A stretch of 64,000 nt of DNA from Thermodesulfovibrionales bacterium (GTDB lineage: Bacteria > Nitrospirota > Thermodesulfovibrionia > Thermodesulfovibrionales > Dissulfurispiraceae), in assembly GCA_046350935.1 (NCBI GenBank), contig JAXLZK010000010.1, forward strand, positions 18,569-82,568, written 5' to 3'. The translations under genes and the position numbers were made by a program. Of this stretch, positions 30,464-38,930 are shown in pieces; positions within the stretch are counted from its first letter, which is position 1, and every line of letters starts with the position of its first letter. The notes beneath the pieces were generated by a model, which did no database searches, was not told where the DNA came from, and saw only the letters and a program-made list of their open reading frames with translations.

Positions 30464-33381
30464 CTGCCTCCCCTCAGCTCCGCAAGAAGCACTCTCGCGG
30501 CGCCGGCTTCGGGAAAGTCGCCGGTGCGCACGGCCCTGCTGAGGAGCTCGACGGCCCTGCCCTTGTCGCCCCGCTCCTTCAGGGCAAGGGCCGCATGATA
30601 CTGCACCGTAGGATTGCCCGGGAGGAGGGAGGCGGCCTTTTCGAGCATTTTCGACGCTTCCTCCGTCCTGCCCTTCTTGAGAAGGAGGTATCCCAGGGTA
30701 TCCATTACTTCGGCGTTCCCCGGTGCGATCCGGTATGCCTTCGACGCGAGCGCCAGCGCCTCCTCACTGCTGCCGTGCCCTTCCGCGTACAGGAAAGCGA
30801 GGTTGTTCAGCGCCGGGACATGATCCCCGGACTTCCCGAGGAGCTGGCGGTATTTGGCGACCGCCTCCTTCTTGTTCCCCATGAGGTCGTATACGGTCCC
30901 CATCCCGAACAGGACCGCCACATTCCCCGCATCACGCTTCAGCAGGGACTCGTAGGCGCCGAGGGCAAGGGCGTACTCCCCTTTTCTCGTATAGAGCAAC
31001 GCGAGGGAAGTCCTCACCGCCGCGTCGTCCCCGCTCATCGTGAGCGCCTCTTTCAGGACGCCGATCGCCTTATCCAGATCGTTGCCGCTCTCGAGGACGG
31101 AGGCAAGGACCCGGTAGCCGTAAGGAGAACCGGGCTTCTGCCTGATGAGGGCCGACGCCGTTTCCTCGGCTTTCCGCCGGTCCCCCATCAGCAGGTGCAG
31201 ACGCGCTGCTTCCGCGGCGAGGTCGTCCCTTCCCGGCTGTCTCTGCAGCCTGTCTTCGACTTTCTTCAAGGCCGTCTTGTACTCTCCCGCCTCGATGCAG
31301 GCGTTCACGATCAGGGGAAGGGCCCTGTCGGGATCGTAGGCCTCGATTTTTCCGAATGCGGACAGGGCGTCCCGGTATCTCTTCTCTCCCAGGCGGATCT
31401 TTCCCTTGAGCTCCAGCGCCTCGCTGCTGCGCGGGTCGGCCTGTATCGCTTCGTCCAGCGTCTCGAGCGCCCTGCCGGTGTCCTTTTTCCTGAGATAATA
31501 AGAGGCAAGGGCAAGGACCCCCTGCGCCTGCCTCGACTCGTTCGCCTTCTTGTATACGGCGAGGGCCTCCTGCTCCTTCCCCTTTGCCTCAAGCAGCGCC
31601 GCACTCCCCAGGAGGGCGGCGAGGTTCCCGGGAGAGCGGCGCAGCACCGCCCGGTATTCATCGAGCGCGCTTTCGGAATCGCCTTTTGCGGCGTGATACG
31701 CCGCGATGTTGAAATAAGGGGTGAGATAGTCGGGGTCCGCCTCCTTCGCCTTCCGGAGCTGCCGGAGAGCGTCCGCAGACCTGCCCGCCGCCATGAGGGC
31801 GGCGGCCATGTTGTTATACAGCACCGCGTCCGCCTTGCCGCCCCTGAGCCCTTCGCGCAGGGTCTTCTCCGCCTTCCCGTACTCCTTCGTCTTCAGATAA
31901 TACGAGGCCAGGACCAGGCGCGTATTCAGCACGTCGGGAGTGATGCGCACGGCAGTGCTCAGCTCTGTTTCCGCCTCGGTGAGCCTGCCCCTGTTGAGGT
32001 GGTACAGGCCTTTCTTGATGTGGATTTCCACCAGTTTCGGGTCGAGGGCCGCCGCCTTGTCCAGCTCCGCCATGCCCTCGTCGTAGAGCCCCTTTGCCAT
32101 ATAGGCGCTGCCGAGGATATTGCGGGCGAGGGCGTTGTCCCTGCCGTCCCCGAGCGCCTTTTTCGCCTCGGTGATGGCGTCGTCCGTCCGCTTCTGCTGC
32201 AGGAGCACCAGGGCGACGAGTATCCGGGCCTGGGTAAAGGAGGGGGTGAGGTCGAGGGCCCTCTGCAACTGGCTCAGGGCCTGCTCCGGCTCGTTCCGGT
32301 AGTAGTGGCTGAGCCCCAGGAAATAATATCCGCCGCTGCTGGGAGAGAGGGACAAAGACTTCTGGAGGGCGATGACGGCGTCGTTGAACTGCTTGCGGTA
32401 GAAGAGCGCCATCCCTTTCAGGCTGTATCCCTGCGCGTCGTGCGGGAAGTCCCGGATGAGGGCCTCCGACAGGGCGAGAGCAGGCCCGTGCTGCCCTTTC
32501 CCTATCAGGAGCACGCCCTTTTTGAAAGGAGCATCCACAAGGGAGGGATGCGCCGCAATAATCCTGTCGTACGTCGCCAGCGCCTCGTCGGTCGCATGCT
32601 CGGAGGTCTGGATGCTTGCTAGGAGGAACAGGGCGTCTTTCTGGGCGGGCTCCCTGCGGAGTACGTCCGCGATCTGGCGCTTCGCCCCGTCCTTCTCCCC
32701 CCTCATCAGAAAGACCCGGGCAAGGGCCACGGCCGCGGAGCTCCTGCCGCCGTCCTGCCGGAGGCTCCTTCTCAGAAGCTCCACCGCCTCCGGGAGCTCC
32801 CCTTTCAGGGCGCGTGCCCATCCGGAGATCTCGAGGACCTCCGCCGCGGAGGCGGCGTTTCCGCCGAGCGCGCCGAGCTCGCGCAGCGCCTCGTCAGGCT
32901 TGTTCTTCTGTACATGGATGCGGGCGAGCTCGATGTGCGCCTCCGGGAAGGAGGGGCTCTGCAGCACCACCTTTCCCAGCTCCCTCTCCGCGGCGTCGTT
33001 GTTTCCCGCACGGGCGTACGCACGGGCAAGCTGGAAGCGGGCCTCGAAGAAATTCGGGTCCTCCTCCAGGGCGTTCCTGAGGAGCACGACGGCGCCACGG
33101 GGGTTGTTCTCCTGCAGCATCTGCACTCCCTTCCTGAAGAGCTGCTCCTTGCCCCCGCTCCCTTTTTCTGAACAGCCCGTGCCGAGGAGGAGCAGGAAAA
33201 GGACCGCCGAGGTGAGTGCCGAGAGCGTTCCGGCAGTCCGCTGAAAAACGACTGTAGTGTCATTGCGAGGAGCTTTTTTGCGACGAAGCAATCTCCAACC
33301 GACCGATTTCATCAGAGGCGGGATTGCTTCGCTCCGCTCGCAATGACGGAAGAACGACTTTTTCAGCGCCCTGCTAGACAA
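30460..33381 (-). CDS. prsT: PEP-CTERM system TPR-repeat lipoprotein (PrsT-like)
   Basis: Intact 973-aa ORF made almost entirely of TPR repeats. The lipobox is LLLLGTGCS. Its stop overlaps the next start (ATGA at 30460-30463). The start is ambiguous: TTG 33381 overlaps the upstream stop, and ATG 33312 is the alternative. Both lie in or upstream of a palindromic element. Confidence 0.85.
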   Translation of the reverse strand: MSSRALKKSFFRHCERSEAIPPLMKSVGWRLLRRKKAPRNDTTVVFQRTAGTLSALTSAVLFLLLLGTGCSEKGSGGKEQLFRKGVQMLQENNPRGAVVLLRNALEEDPNFFEARFQLARAYARAGNNDAAERELGKVVLQSPSFPEAHIELARIHVQKNKPDEALRELGALGGNAASAAEVLEISGWARALKGELPEAVELLRRSLRQDGGRSSAAVALARVFLMRGEKDGAKRQIADVLRREPAQKDALFLLASIQTSEHATDEALATYDRIIAAHPSLVDAPFKKGVLLIGKGQHGPALALSEALIRDFPHDAQGYSLKGMALFYRKQFNDAVIALQKSLSLSPSSGGYYFLGLSHYYRNEPEQALSQLQRALDLTPSFTQARILVALVLLQQKRTDDAITEAKKALGDGRDNALARNILGSAYMAKGLYDEGMAELDKAAALDPKLVEIHIKKGLYHLNRGRLTEAETELSTAVRITPDVLNTRLVLASYYLKTKEYGKAEKTLREGLRGGKADAVLYNNMAAALMAAGRSADALRQLRKAKEADPDYLTPYFNIAAYHAAKGDSESALDEYRAVLRRSPGNLAALLGSAALLEAKGKEQEALAVYKKANESRQAQGVLALASYYLRKKDTGRALETLDEAIQADPRSSEALELKGKIRLGEKRYRDALSAFGKIEAYDPDRALPLIVNACIEAGEYKTALKKVEDRLQRQPGRDDLAAEAARLHLLMGDRRKAEETASALIRQKPGSPYGYRVLASVLESGNDLDKAIGVLKEALTMSGDDAAVRTSLALLYTRKGEYALALGAYESLLKRDAGNVAVLFGMGTVYDLMGNKKEAVAKYRQLLGKSGDHVPALNNLAFLYAEGHGSSEEALALASKAYRIAPGNAEVMDTLGYLLLKKGRTEEASKMLEKAASLLPGNPTVQYHAALALKERGDKGRAVELLSRAVRTGDFPEAGAARVLLAELRGGR
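33241..33370. repeat. Imperfect ~130-bp palindromic (MITE/REP-like) element inside the 5' end of prsT
   Basis: - The outer arms are CTGAAAAACGAC..GTCATTGCGAG (33241-33269) and CTCGCAATGAC..GTCGTTCTT..TTTTTCAG (33337-33366, with mismatches).
- The inner arms are GAAGCAATC (33286-33294) and GATTGCTTC (33322-33330).
- On the minus strand it translates as ..FFRHCERSEAIPP..RRKKAPRNDTT.. Confidence 0.6.
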
Positions 33382-33754
33382 TGTTGTATCCCCCCTGGAT
33401 GGTGCTCAGTTCTCCGTCCATCACCTGCCGCACCAGAAGCCGGAACTTGCGGTAGTCGAGCGGCTTGATCATGCAGTAGGAATTGCAGAAGCCTTCGAGT
33501 ATGCTGATAAGGTCTCCGTTAATGTGGTCGGAGAGGATTATGGTGGCGATGTTCTGCCGTTTGATTTCCTCGAAAATGAAAATGCCGTAGGGATAGCTGG
33601 TAATGATCAACCCGAAGTCCCTGTCGTTCAGACGCACGCCGATCCCGTTCGCATCGGTCGCCGCCTCTATACCGTAGCCTTCGAACTCGAGAATTGCCGA
33701 ACAGATGCGGGAAAAGCCCTCCTCATCGACGATGAGTATCTTTTTTTCTCCCAT
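33374..33754 (-). CDS. Stand-alone receiver (REC) domain protein lacking the phospho-acceptor Asp
   Basis: MGEKKILIVDEEGFSRICSAILEFEGYGIEAATDANGIGVRLNDRDFGLIITSYPYG...MIKPLD has a CheY-like fold pattern. The conserved Lys is present (KP). The DxxMP acceptor position reads ITSYP. The start is taken at ATG 33754; the track ORF extends to 33892. Confidence 0.7.
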   Translation of the reverse strand: MGEKKILIVDEEGFSRICSAILEFEGYGIEAATDANGIGVRLNDRDFGLIITSYPYGIFIFEEIKRQNIATIILSDHINGDLISILEGFCNSYCMIKPLDYRKFRLLVRQVMDGELSTIQGGYNIV

Positions 33755-34118
33755 AGACACGGGGAAGAGCAAGATCGATGCCTGCGGGGAGCGGGAAAGC
33801 GCCGTCATGCCGCACGGAGCGGGACAATGCAGGGAAAACAGCGCCTTGGGAAGCAAAAGACAGCGGGCGTCCTGGACAGGCAGCGCCCGCACTCCTCTCT
33901 TTCCGCAGCTCCGCTGCGGAATCGGGGGCTTTGGAGAGCCCTTCTCCGCTCTCTCCTGTTTCCATCGGATACAGCGAGAACAAACCTGTTGGAATATATG
34001 AGCGTAATAATGTATCTTTCGGACACAGCATCCTCCGGAAGCGGCATTTTCCTTCTTATAAGCGCCAAAAGTGTTTCTGAGGGAAACAAGAAGGGGAGGC
34101 GGTGGAAGCGGGGTGCTC

Positions 34119-35468
34119 CTACGGGAGCGGGAGGTCCCGCAGCTTCTTGTAAAAGGCTTTCCGCGAGATCCCGAGCATTCGGGCTGCCTTCGACTTGTTG
34201 CCGTTGCATCTGTTCAGGGTCTCGCGGACCGCGTGGACTTCGAGCTGTTTCAGGGTGCGGAGGGGTACGGAGAGCTCCCGGTGCCTCCGGGTGCGGAACT
34301 CCTCCGGGAGCTCACGGGAGGTTATCATCTCTCCTTTCACCAGGACGACGGCCCTCTCGATCACGTTTTTCAGTTGTCGTATGTTGCCCGGCCACGGGTG
34401 TTCCCTGAAGAGCCGCATCACCTCGTCCGCAATTTTGATTGCCTTCTTCTCCCGGATGCAGAATTCGTTGAGAAACTCCGCCGCCAGCAGCGGGATGTCG
34501 TCCCTCCTCTCCCGGAGAGGGGGGACGTCGATATGCACCACGTTGATGCGATAAAAGAGGTCCTCCCGGAAGGTCCCCTCCCCCACCTCTTTCAGCAGGT
34601 CGCGGTTGGTGGAGCAAATGAGCCTGAAATCGGCCTTTATCTTCCGGTTGCTCCCGAGCCGCTCGATCTCTTTTTCCTGGAGGGCGCGGAGCAGCTTTGC
34701 CTGAAGGGAGAGCTCGAGCTCCCCTATCTCGTCGAGAAACACCGAACCGCCCGCGGCCTCCTCGAACCGCCCGATTCTCCGCGCCACCGCCCCGGTAAAC
34801 GCACCCTTCTCATACCCGAAGAGCTCCGATTCGATCAGCTCCTTGGGGATGGCTGCACAGTTCACCGCGATGAACGGGTTGCTTCCGCGGGTGCTGCTGT
34901 AGTGAAGAGCGCGGGCGATCAGCTCCTTGCCCGTTCCCGTTTCCCCGGTGATCAGGACACTGCTGGAAGAGTCTCGCACCGCCTCGATGGTTTCGATGAT
35001 GCCCAGCATGACGGGCGCGTTGCTGATAATGCGGACGGAAGGGCTTTCCGACGAGAGCTTCCGCCGCAGGTTCTCCAGCTCCCTCTTCAGCCGCCGCTGC
35101 TCCACCGCCCGGGAAAGGATGCTCTTCAGCTTTACGTAGTCGGGGGGCTTGATGAAGTAGTAGAAAGCCCCGTGGGTGATGGTCGTCACCGCGGACTCCA
35201 CGGTGCCGTATGCGGTGAGAAATATCACGGGGATGTCGGGGTGTGTATCGGAGACGTACTGAAAAAACTGCATCCCGTCTCTCCCCGGCATTTTCAGGTC
35301 CGTGATGACCGTATCGATATCCTCGGAGGCGACGACGGAGACGGCTTCGTCCACCTCCCTCGCCTCGAAAACACTGTATCCGCCGTCCGAAAGGATCGCC
35401 GAAAGGACCCTGCGCGCATTGGGGTCGTCGTCGATGATCAGGACACGTCCGTTGCAGCTCTCGTTCAT
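34119..35468 (-). CDS. Sigma-54-dependent response regulator (NtrC family; PrsR-like candidate)
   Basis: - Intact 449-aa ORF.
- The REC domain has [19 protein letters not shown].
- The AAA+ module has [21 protein letters not shown] and the [15 protein letters not shown] loop.
- The C-terminal Fis-type HTH is [22 protein letters not shown]. Confidence 0.9.
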   Translation of the reverse strand: MNESCNGRVLIIDDDPNARRVLSAILSDGGYSVFEAREVDEAVSVVASEDIDTVITDLKMPGRDGMQFFQYVSDTHPDIPVIFLTAYGTVESAVTTITHGAFYYFIKPPDYVKLKSILSRAVEQRRLKRELENLRRKLSSESPSVRIISNAPVMLGIIETIEAVRDSSSSVLITGETGTGKELIARALHYSSTRGSNPFIAVNCAAIPKELIESELFGYEKGAFTGAVARRIGRFEEAAGGSVFLDEIGELELSLQAKLLRALQEKEIERLGSNRKIKADFRLICSTNRDLLKEVGEGTFREDLFYRINVVHIDVPPLRERRDDIPLLAAEFLNEFCIREKKAIKIADEVMRLFREHPWPGNIRQLKNVIERAVVLVKGEMITSRELPEEFRTRRHRELSVPLRTLKQLEVHAVRETLNRCNGNKSKAARMLGISRKAFYKKLRDLPLP

Positions 35469-35660
35469 TGCCTTCTCCTTGCGGCGCGTCAGGTGCGGCC
35501 TGTCTCGTACGAATGCGCTCTCAGGGCGCGGTCCCGTCCTGCAGGGTGCGGGGATGCGAAGCCGGAGAGGGAAAGGAGCAGACGCCCTTCCCTCCGCGTC
35601 CGCCCTGCCGGGGGTTCCGGAGAAGAGTACGATGCGGGGTGCGAATGTATTCCCTTTGCA

Positions 35661-36806
35661 TTATGGCCGGTAGTCCGCGGGGTGCGTCCTGTCTCTGTCC
35701 TGTGCCGGAAAATACAGACGCACCACCGTACCGGCATCCTTCTTGCTCTTGATTTCCATATGCCCCTTGTAGTACTGGATGATTTCACGGGTGATGAAAA
35801 GTCCGAACCCCCTTCCCTTGTCCCCGGAAAGGCCGGCCTCCCTGTTTTCGGAAATGCCCGGACCCGTATCCGTGATCTCCACGAGGACGAAATCGGTATC
35901 GAAGCGCTTTTCATGCGCTGTCCTGATGGCTAGGCGCCCGCCCGGGCTCATGGCCTCTATGGCGTTGTTGATCACGTTCAGGACCGCCTGCTCGAACTGG
36001 AAGGCCTCGATGGTTACCAGGGGGATGTCCCCGTATTCGTACACCGTCTCGATGTTTCCCGCATAGGCCTGCATGGAGGTGAACACTTCGATCCTCTTCA
36101 ACAGCGAATTGATGTCCGACCCGGTCAGCGCGGCGTCGGGGACGGAGGCGCTGAGGAAGCGCGAGATGAAATTGTCGAGGCGCGATATCTCGTCCTCCAT
36201 GATCCGGGTGAACTCGATAAGGGTCTGCTCGCTGGCGTATTTCTCGCGGAGGTGCACCACTGCTCCCTTGATCGCATTCAAGGGGTTTCTGACGCCGTGG
36301 GCGAGCGTCGAAGCCGTCTTGCCGATATCGATGATCCGCTGCAGGTTCTGGAGCTTGATCGCCATGAGACAGGTGGAGTAGGGAAAGAAGGAGACCATCA
36401 GGCTCCTGACCTTGCCGTGCATGTCGCGCACCGGCTCGACAGAGACGTCGGCATCGATCTGCCCGTGCAGGCAGTTGAAGGAGTACCGCTTGAAGGCCAA
36501 CGCCTTATTCCTCTTTACCGCGGTGGAAAGCGCGTCCCTCTCTTCCAGGACGATGCGCGGGAGCACCTCGAAATACTTTTTCCCCATTGCGGTCAGGGGA
36601 GGTCGTCCTGTCAGCTCGGCAATCCGTTCGTCCCAGACGCTGATACGCAGTCTGTTGTCCGTATAAAAAGTGTATGATTGCCCCGCCCTGCCGCTTTTCT
36701 GAATCGAACACTGTGCCGTAGAGGATACCATCAGTCCGTGCTGGAGCACTTCGCAACCCCGTTTTCGCAGTATTTTTACGCCTGTCCCGCACCGGATGCG
36801 GAGCAC
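35661..36806 (-). CDS. Cytoplasmic PAS-domain sensor histidine kinase (NtrB-like)
   Basis: The H-box is TLAHGVRNPLNAIKG. The ATP-binding domain has NVINNAIEAM, ITDTGPGI and GRGFGLFITREII. No TM segments are evident. The start is uncertain: 36806, or ATG 36731 (MVSSTAQ). Confidence 0.8.
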   Translation of the reverse strand: MLRIRCGTGVKILRKRGCEVLQHGLMVSSTAQCSIQKSGRAGQSYTFYTDNRLRISVWDERIAELTGRPPLTAMGKKYFEVLPRIVLEERDALSTAVKRNKALAFKRYSFNCLHGQIDADVSVEPVRDMHGKVRSLMVSFFPYSTCLMAIKLQNLQRIIDIGKTASTLAHGVRNPLNAIKGAVVHLREKYASEQTLIEFTRIMEDEISRLDNFISRFLSASVPDAALTGSDINSLLKRIEVFTSMQAYAGNIETVYEYGDIPLVTIEAFQFEQAVLNVINNAIEAMSPGGRLAIRTAHEKRFDTDFVLVEITDTGPGISENREAGLSGDKGRGFGLFITREIIQYYKGHMEIKSKKDAGTVVRLYFPAQDRDRTHPADYRP

Positions 36807-37067
36807 ACAGGGCCTCGGGAGGGGGCGACCGCCCCTCTACTAGATAGTACAAACCATATATATCAACTTTAGCCGAAAATGGGAAAAAGTCAAGCTGGAG
36901 ACTCGCGAAAGGGCATTCCCCTTCTGCCGGAAAACCGGACACTTCTCTTTTGGTAAAAATTAGGACATTTCTAAATTGGCTTGACAACATTCCATTTTCC
37001 TCTTGCAAATCCCCTCCTCCATTCATAAAATAATGCTCTTACCGTTTGAGAAGATTTGTTGCAGTAC

Positions 37068-37084
37068 AGGCGATCATTTTGCAT
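37068..37084 (+). promoter_or_regulatory. Candidate sigma-54 promoter upstream of the radical-SAM gene
   Basis: The site is aGGCGAtcattTTGCAt. GG (37069-70) and GC (37081-82) are separated by exactly 10 nt and the -12 TTGCA is perfect. The -24 half is weaker (GGCGA against GGCAC). It lies about 80 nt upstream of ATG 37161. Confidence 0.4.
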
Positions 37085-37160
37085 TTTGCAATGACAAGGG
37101 ACGACGCACCGGGTGAACAGACCCCATCCCGGCACTTTGTACCGAAGAGGAGAACAGGGA

Positions 37161-38612
37161 ATGCCGCCGCAAAAACCCGAAATTACCTTTATTTCGCCGT
37201 ACGAGGACATCACCGCATACAGCGTACGGCTGCTCTCTGCCGTCCTGCGGGAGCAGGGGTATCCCACCCGGATCGTCTTCGCCCCTTCCATTCTCGAGGA
37301 AGGGGGCTCTGAGCAGGCGTCCCTGGAGAAACTTGCCGGAGAGATCCGGCAGGTGGCCGCCGGGTCCTCCCTCATCGGGTTCTCCTTCTTCTCGTGCCAT
37401 CTGCCCTTCGTCGCCGCTCTGAGCAGGGAGGTGAAGAAGAGGATAAGCACCCCTCTCCTGTGGGGAGGCAAACATATCACCGCCCAGCCGGACGACGCGG
37501 CGGGATACGCAGACATGGTCTGTATCGGGGAGGGGGAGCTCTCCCTGACAGCGCTCCTGCAGGCCGTCGGAAACGGCGGGGACCCCTCTTCCCTCGCCGG
37601 CATCTGGCCGGTCCGGGACGGGACGGTCACGAAAGGCCTGATCGCCTCCATCGTCCGGGACCTCGACTCCCTTCCCTTCCCCGACTTCTCGATGGAGGGG
37701 CACTATCTATGGGACAACAGCACGCTGGTAGAGCTGTCGGCGCCCCTCATGGAGGAGCAGATCCGGAAGAGCTGCCGTGACAAGACCCTCTACTACCAGA
37801 CCATGGCTTCGCGGGGCTGCTCCTATAGCTGTTCCTATTGCTACCATTTCAAGGAGCTGTACAAGGGGCAGCACTACCTGAGGAAAAGGAGCCATGGCAA
37901 CGTGATCGAAGAGGTCCGTTCGATGCTGGAGAAGTTTCCCTTTTTCGAGGAAGTCTGCCTCTCGGACGACAACTTCTTTTCCCATGACACTGCGCAACTC
38001 CGGGAGTTCGCCGCCCTGTACCGTGAGAAGATCGGAAAGCCGCTCCGCTGCCTGGCCCATCCTCACGAAATCAACAGGGAGAAGCTCGCAATCCTGACAG
38101 ACGCCGGTCTGCAGGAGCTCCAGGTGGGCATCCAGACGGGGAGCAGGAGCACTCTGAAGCTGTACCGGCGGGGACCCTCGCCCGAGAAGGTCCTGGAAGC
38201 GGTTGCTATCGTCAACGAATTCAAGGACCGGCTGACGCCCTACTACGACTTCATCATCGACAACCCGTATGAGGAGAGGAAGGATGTCCTGGAGACCCTG
38301 CGCCTGATCACCCGCTTCCCGCGCCCCTATCGCCTCAACGTCTTCTCCCTCACCTTCTTTCCGGGCACGGAGCTGTACGGCAAGGCGCTCCGGGACGGGC
38401 GGATTGCGGACAGCACCAAGACCTGGCAGTTCAGCGGGAAAAGCTATCTCAATTTTCTCTTCCTGCACATCTTCACCCGCTCCTTTCCCCAGTGGCTCCT
38501 CCGTCTCCTCCTCTCGAAGCCCGCCGTCGCCCTGCTTGACAACAAGCCGGCCGCCTCCCTTCTCTACTCGCTGAAGGGATTCCTCAAGAAAACGCTGCAC
38601 CGGGCTTCCTAG
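37161..38612 (+). CDS. B12-binding-domain radical SAM protein
   Basis: The N-terminal part is cobalamin-binding-like (ITFISPYEDITAYSVRLLSAVLREQGY..). The radical SAM cluster motif is RGCSYSCSYCYH (CxxxCxxC). ATG 37161 has a GAGGAG SD; the track ORF begins at 37113. Confidence 0.8.
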   Translation: MPPQKPEITFISPYEDITAYSVRLLSAVLREQGYPTRIVFAPSILEEGGSEQASLEKLAGEIRQVAAGSSLIGFSFFSCHLPFVAALSREVKKRISTPLLWGGKHITAQPDDAAGYADMVCIGEGELSLTALLQAVGNGGDPSSLAGIWPVRDGTVTKGLIASIVRDLDSLPFPDFSMEGHYLWDNSTLVELSAPLMEEQIRKSCRDKTLYYQTMASRGCSYSCSYCYHFKELYKGQHYLRKRSHGNVIEEVRSMLEKFPFFEEVCLSDDNFFSHDTAQLREFAALYREKIGKPLRCLAHPHEINREKLAILTDAGLQELQVGIQTGSRSTLKLYRRGPSPEKVLEAVAIVNEFKDRLTPYYDFIIDNPYEERKDVLETLRLITRFPRPYRLNVFSLTFFPGTELYGKALRDGRIADSTKTWQFSGKSYLNFLFLHIFTRSFPQWLLRLLLSKPAVALLDNKPAASLLYSLKGFLKKTLHRAS

Positions 38613-38746
38613 CGGGTGTATTTCTGTAAAGTCTTCCGTCGCGTGTAAGAATATCCGCCGCCCTTTTATCGGAATTGTTTACAGATATGCCCCGCTGCGC
38701 GGAGGGCGCCCCCGCAATTCCCTTCCACATCAACCCTCTGCGTAAC

Positions 38747-38762
38747 TGGCATGGGGATTGCT
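38747..38762 (+). promoter_or_regulatory. Sigma-54 (-24/-12) promoter upstream of the PEP-CTERM protein gene
   Basis: The site TGGCATggggaTTGCTt is a near-perfect match to TGGCAC-N5-TTGCW, with GG and GC 10 nt apart. It lies about 170 nt upstream of ATG 38931, in an otherwise non-coding gap. Confidence 0.7.
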
Positions 38763-38930
38763 TTTAAATTGCTGACGGATGCTCTTCGATTGCTGTCAGC
38801 GGTGAAAGAGAACCTGAGCCGGCCCCTGCGTCTTTCCTTCCCCTCCCCTCGCGCATCGAAAATCATCGCCCTTGAACAAAGCGGCCCTTTTCAAGGGCCG
38901 ACCATTCAAGCACAAAAGGAGGTGAGAAAG

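Noticed and set aside
30595-32622. 675-aa plus-strand ORF. Similar long ORFs include 239..1390, 3983..5203, 10047..11462, 11270..13030, 12070..13497, 34071..35933, 41322..42851 and 43361..44677.
   Set aside because: All lie antisense to genes with clear family signatures. They are Arg/Pro/Gly/Ala-rich and low in complexity, and they carry no recognisable motifs. These are the typical shadow ORFs of GC-rich DNA.
33769-33784. Sigma-54-like site on the minus strand (AGGCATcgatcTTGCT) upstream of the receiver gene.
   Set aside because: The GG-N10-GC spacing is correct, but the -12 element lies only ~15 nt from ATG 33754. The transcript would have essentially no leader or SD. It is kept as doubtful rather than called.
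36981-37009. TTGACA-N17-TGCAAA as a sigma-70 promoter for the radical-SAM gene.
   Set aside because: The -10 is poor (TGCAAA). The sigma-54-like site 60 nt downstream is a better match. Neither is verified.
38751-38930. N-terminal 60-codon extension of the PEP-CTERM ORF on the track.
   Set aside because: It contains the sigma-54 promoter and the leader hairpins. A strong SD and a canonical signal peptide begin at 38931.
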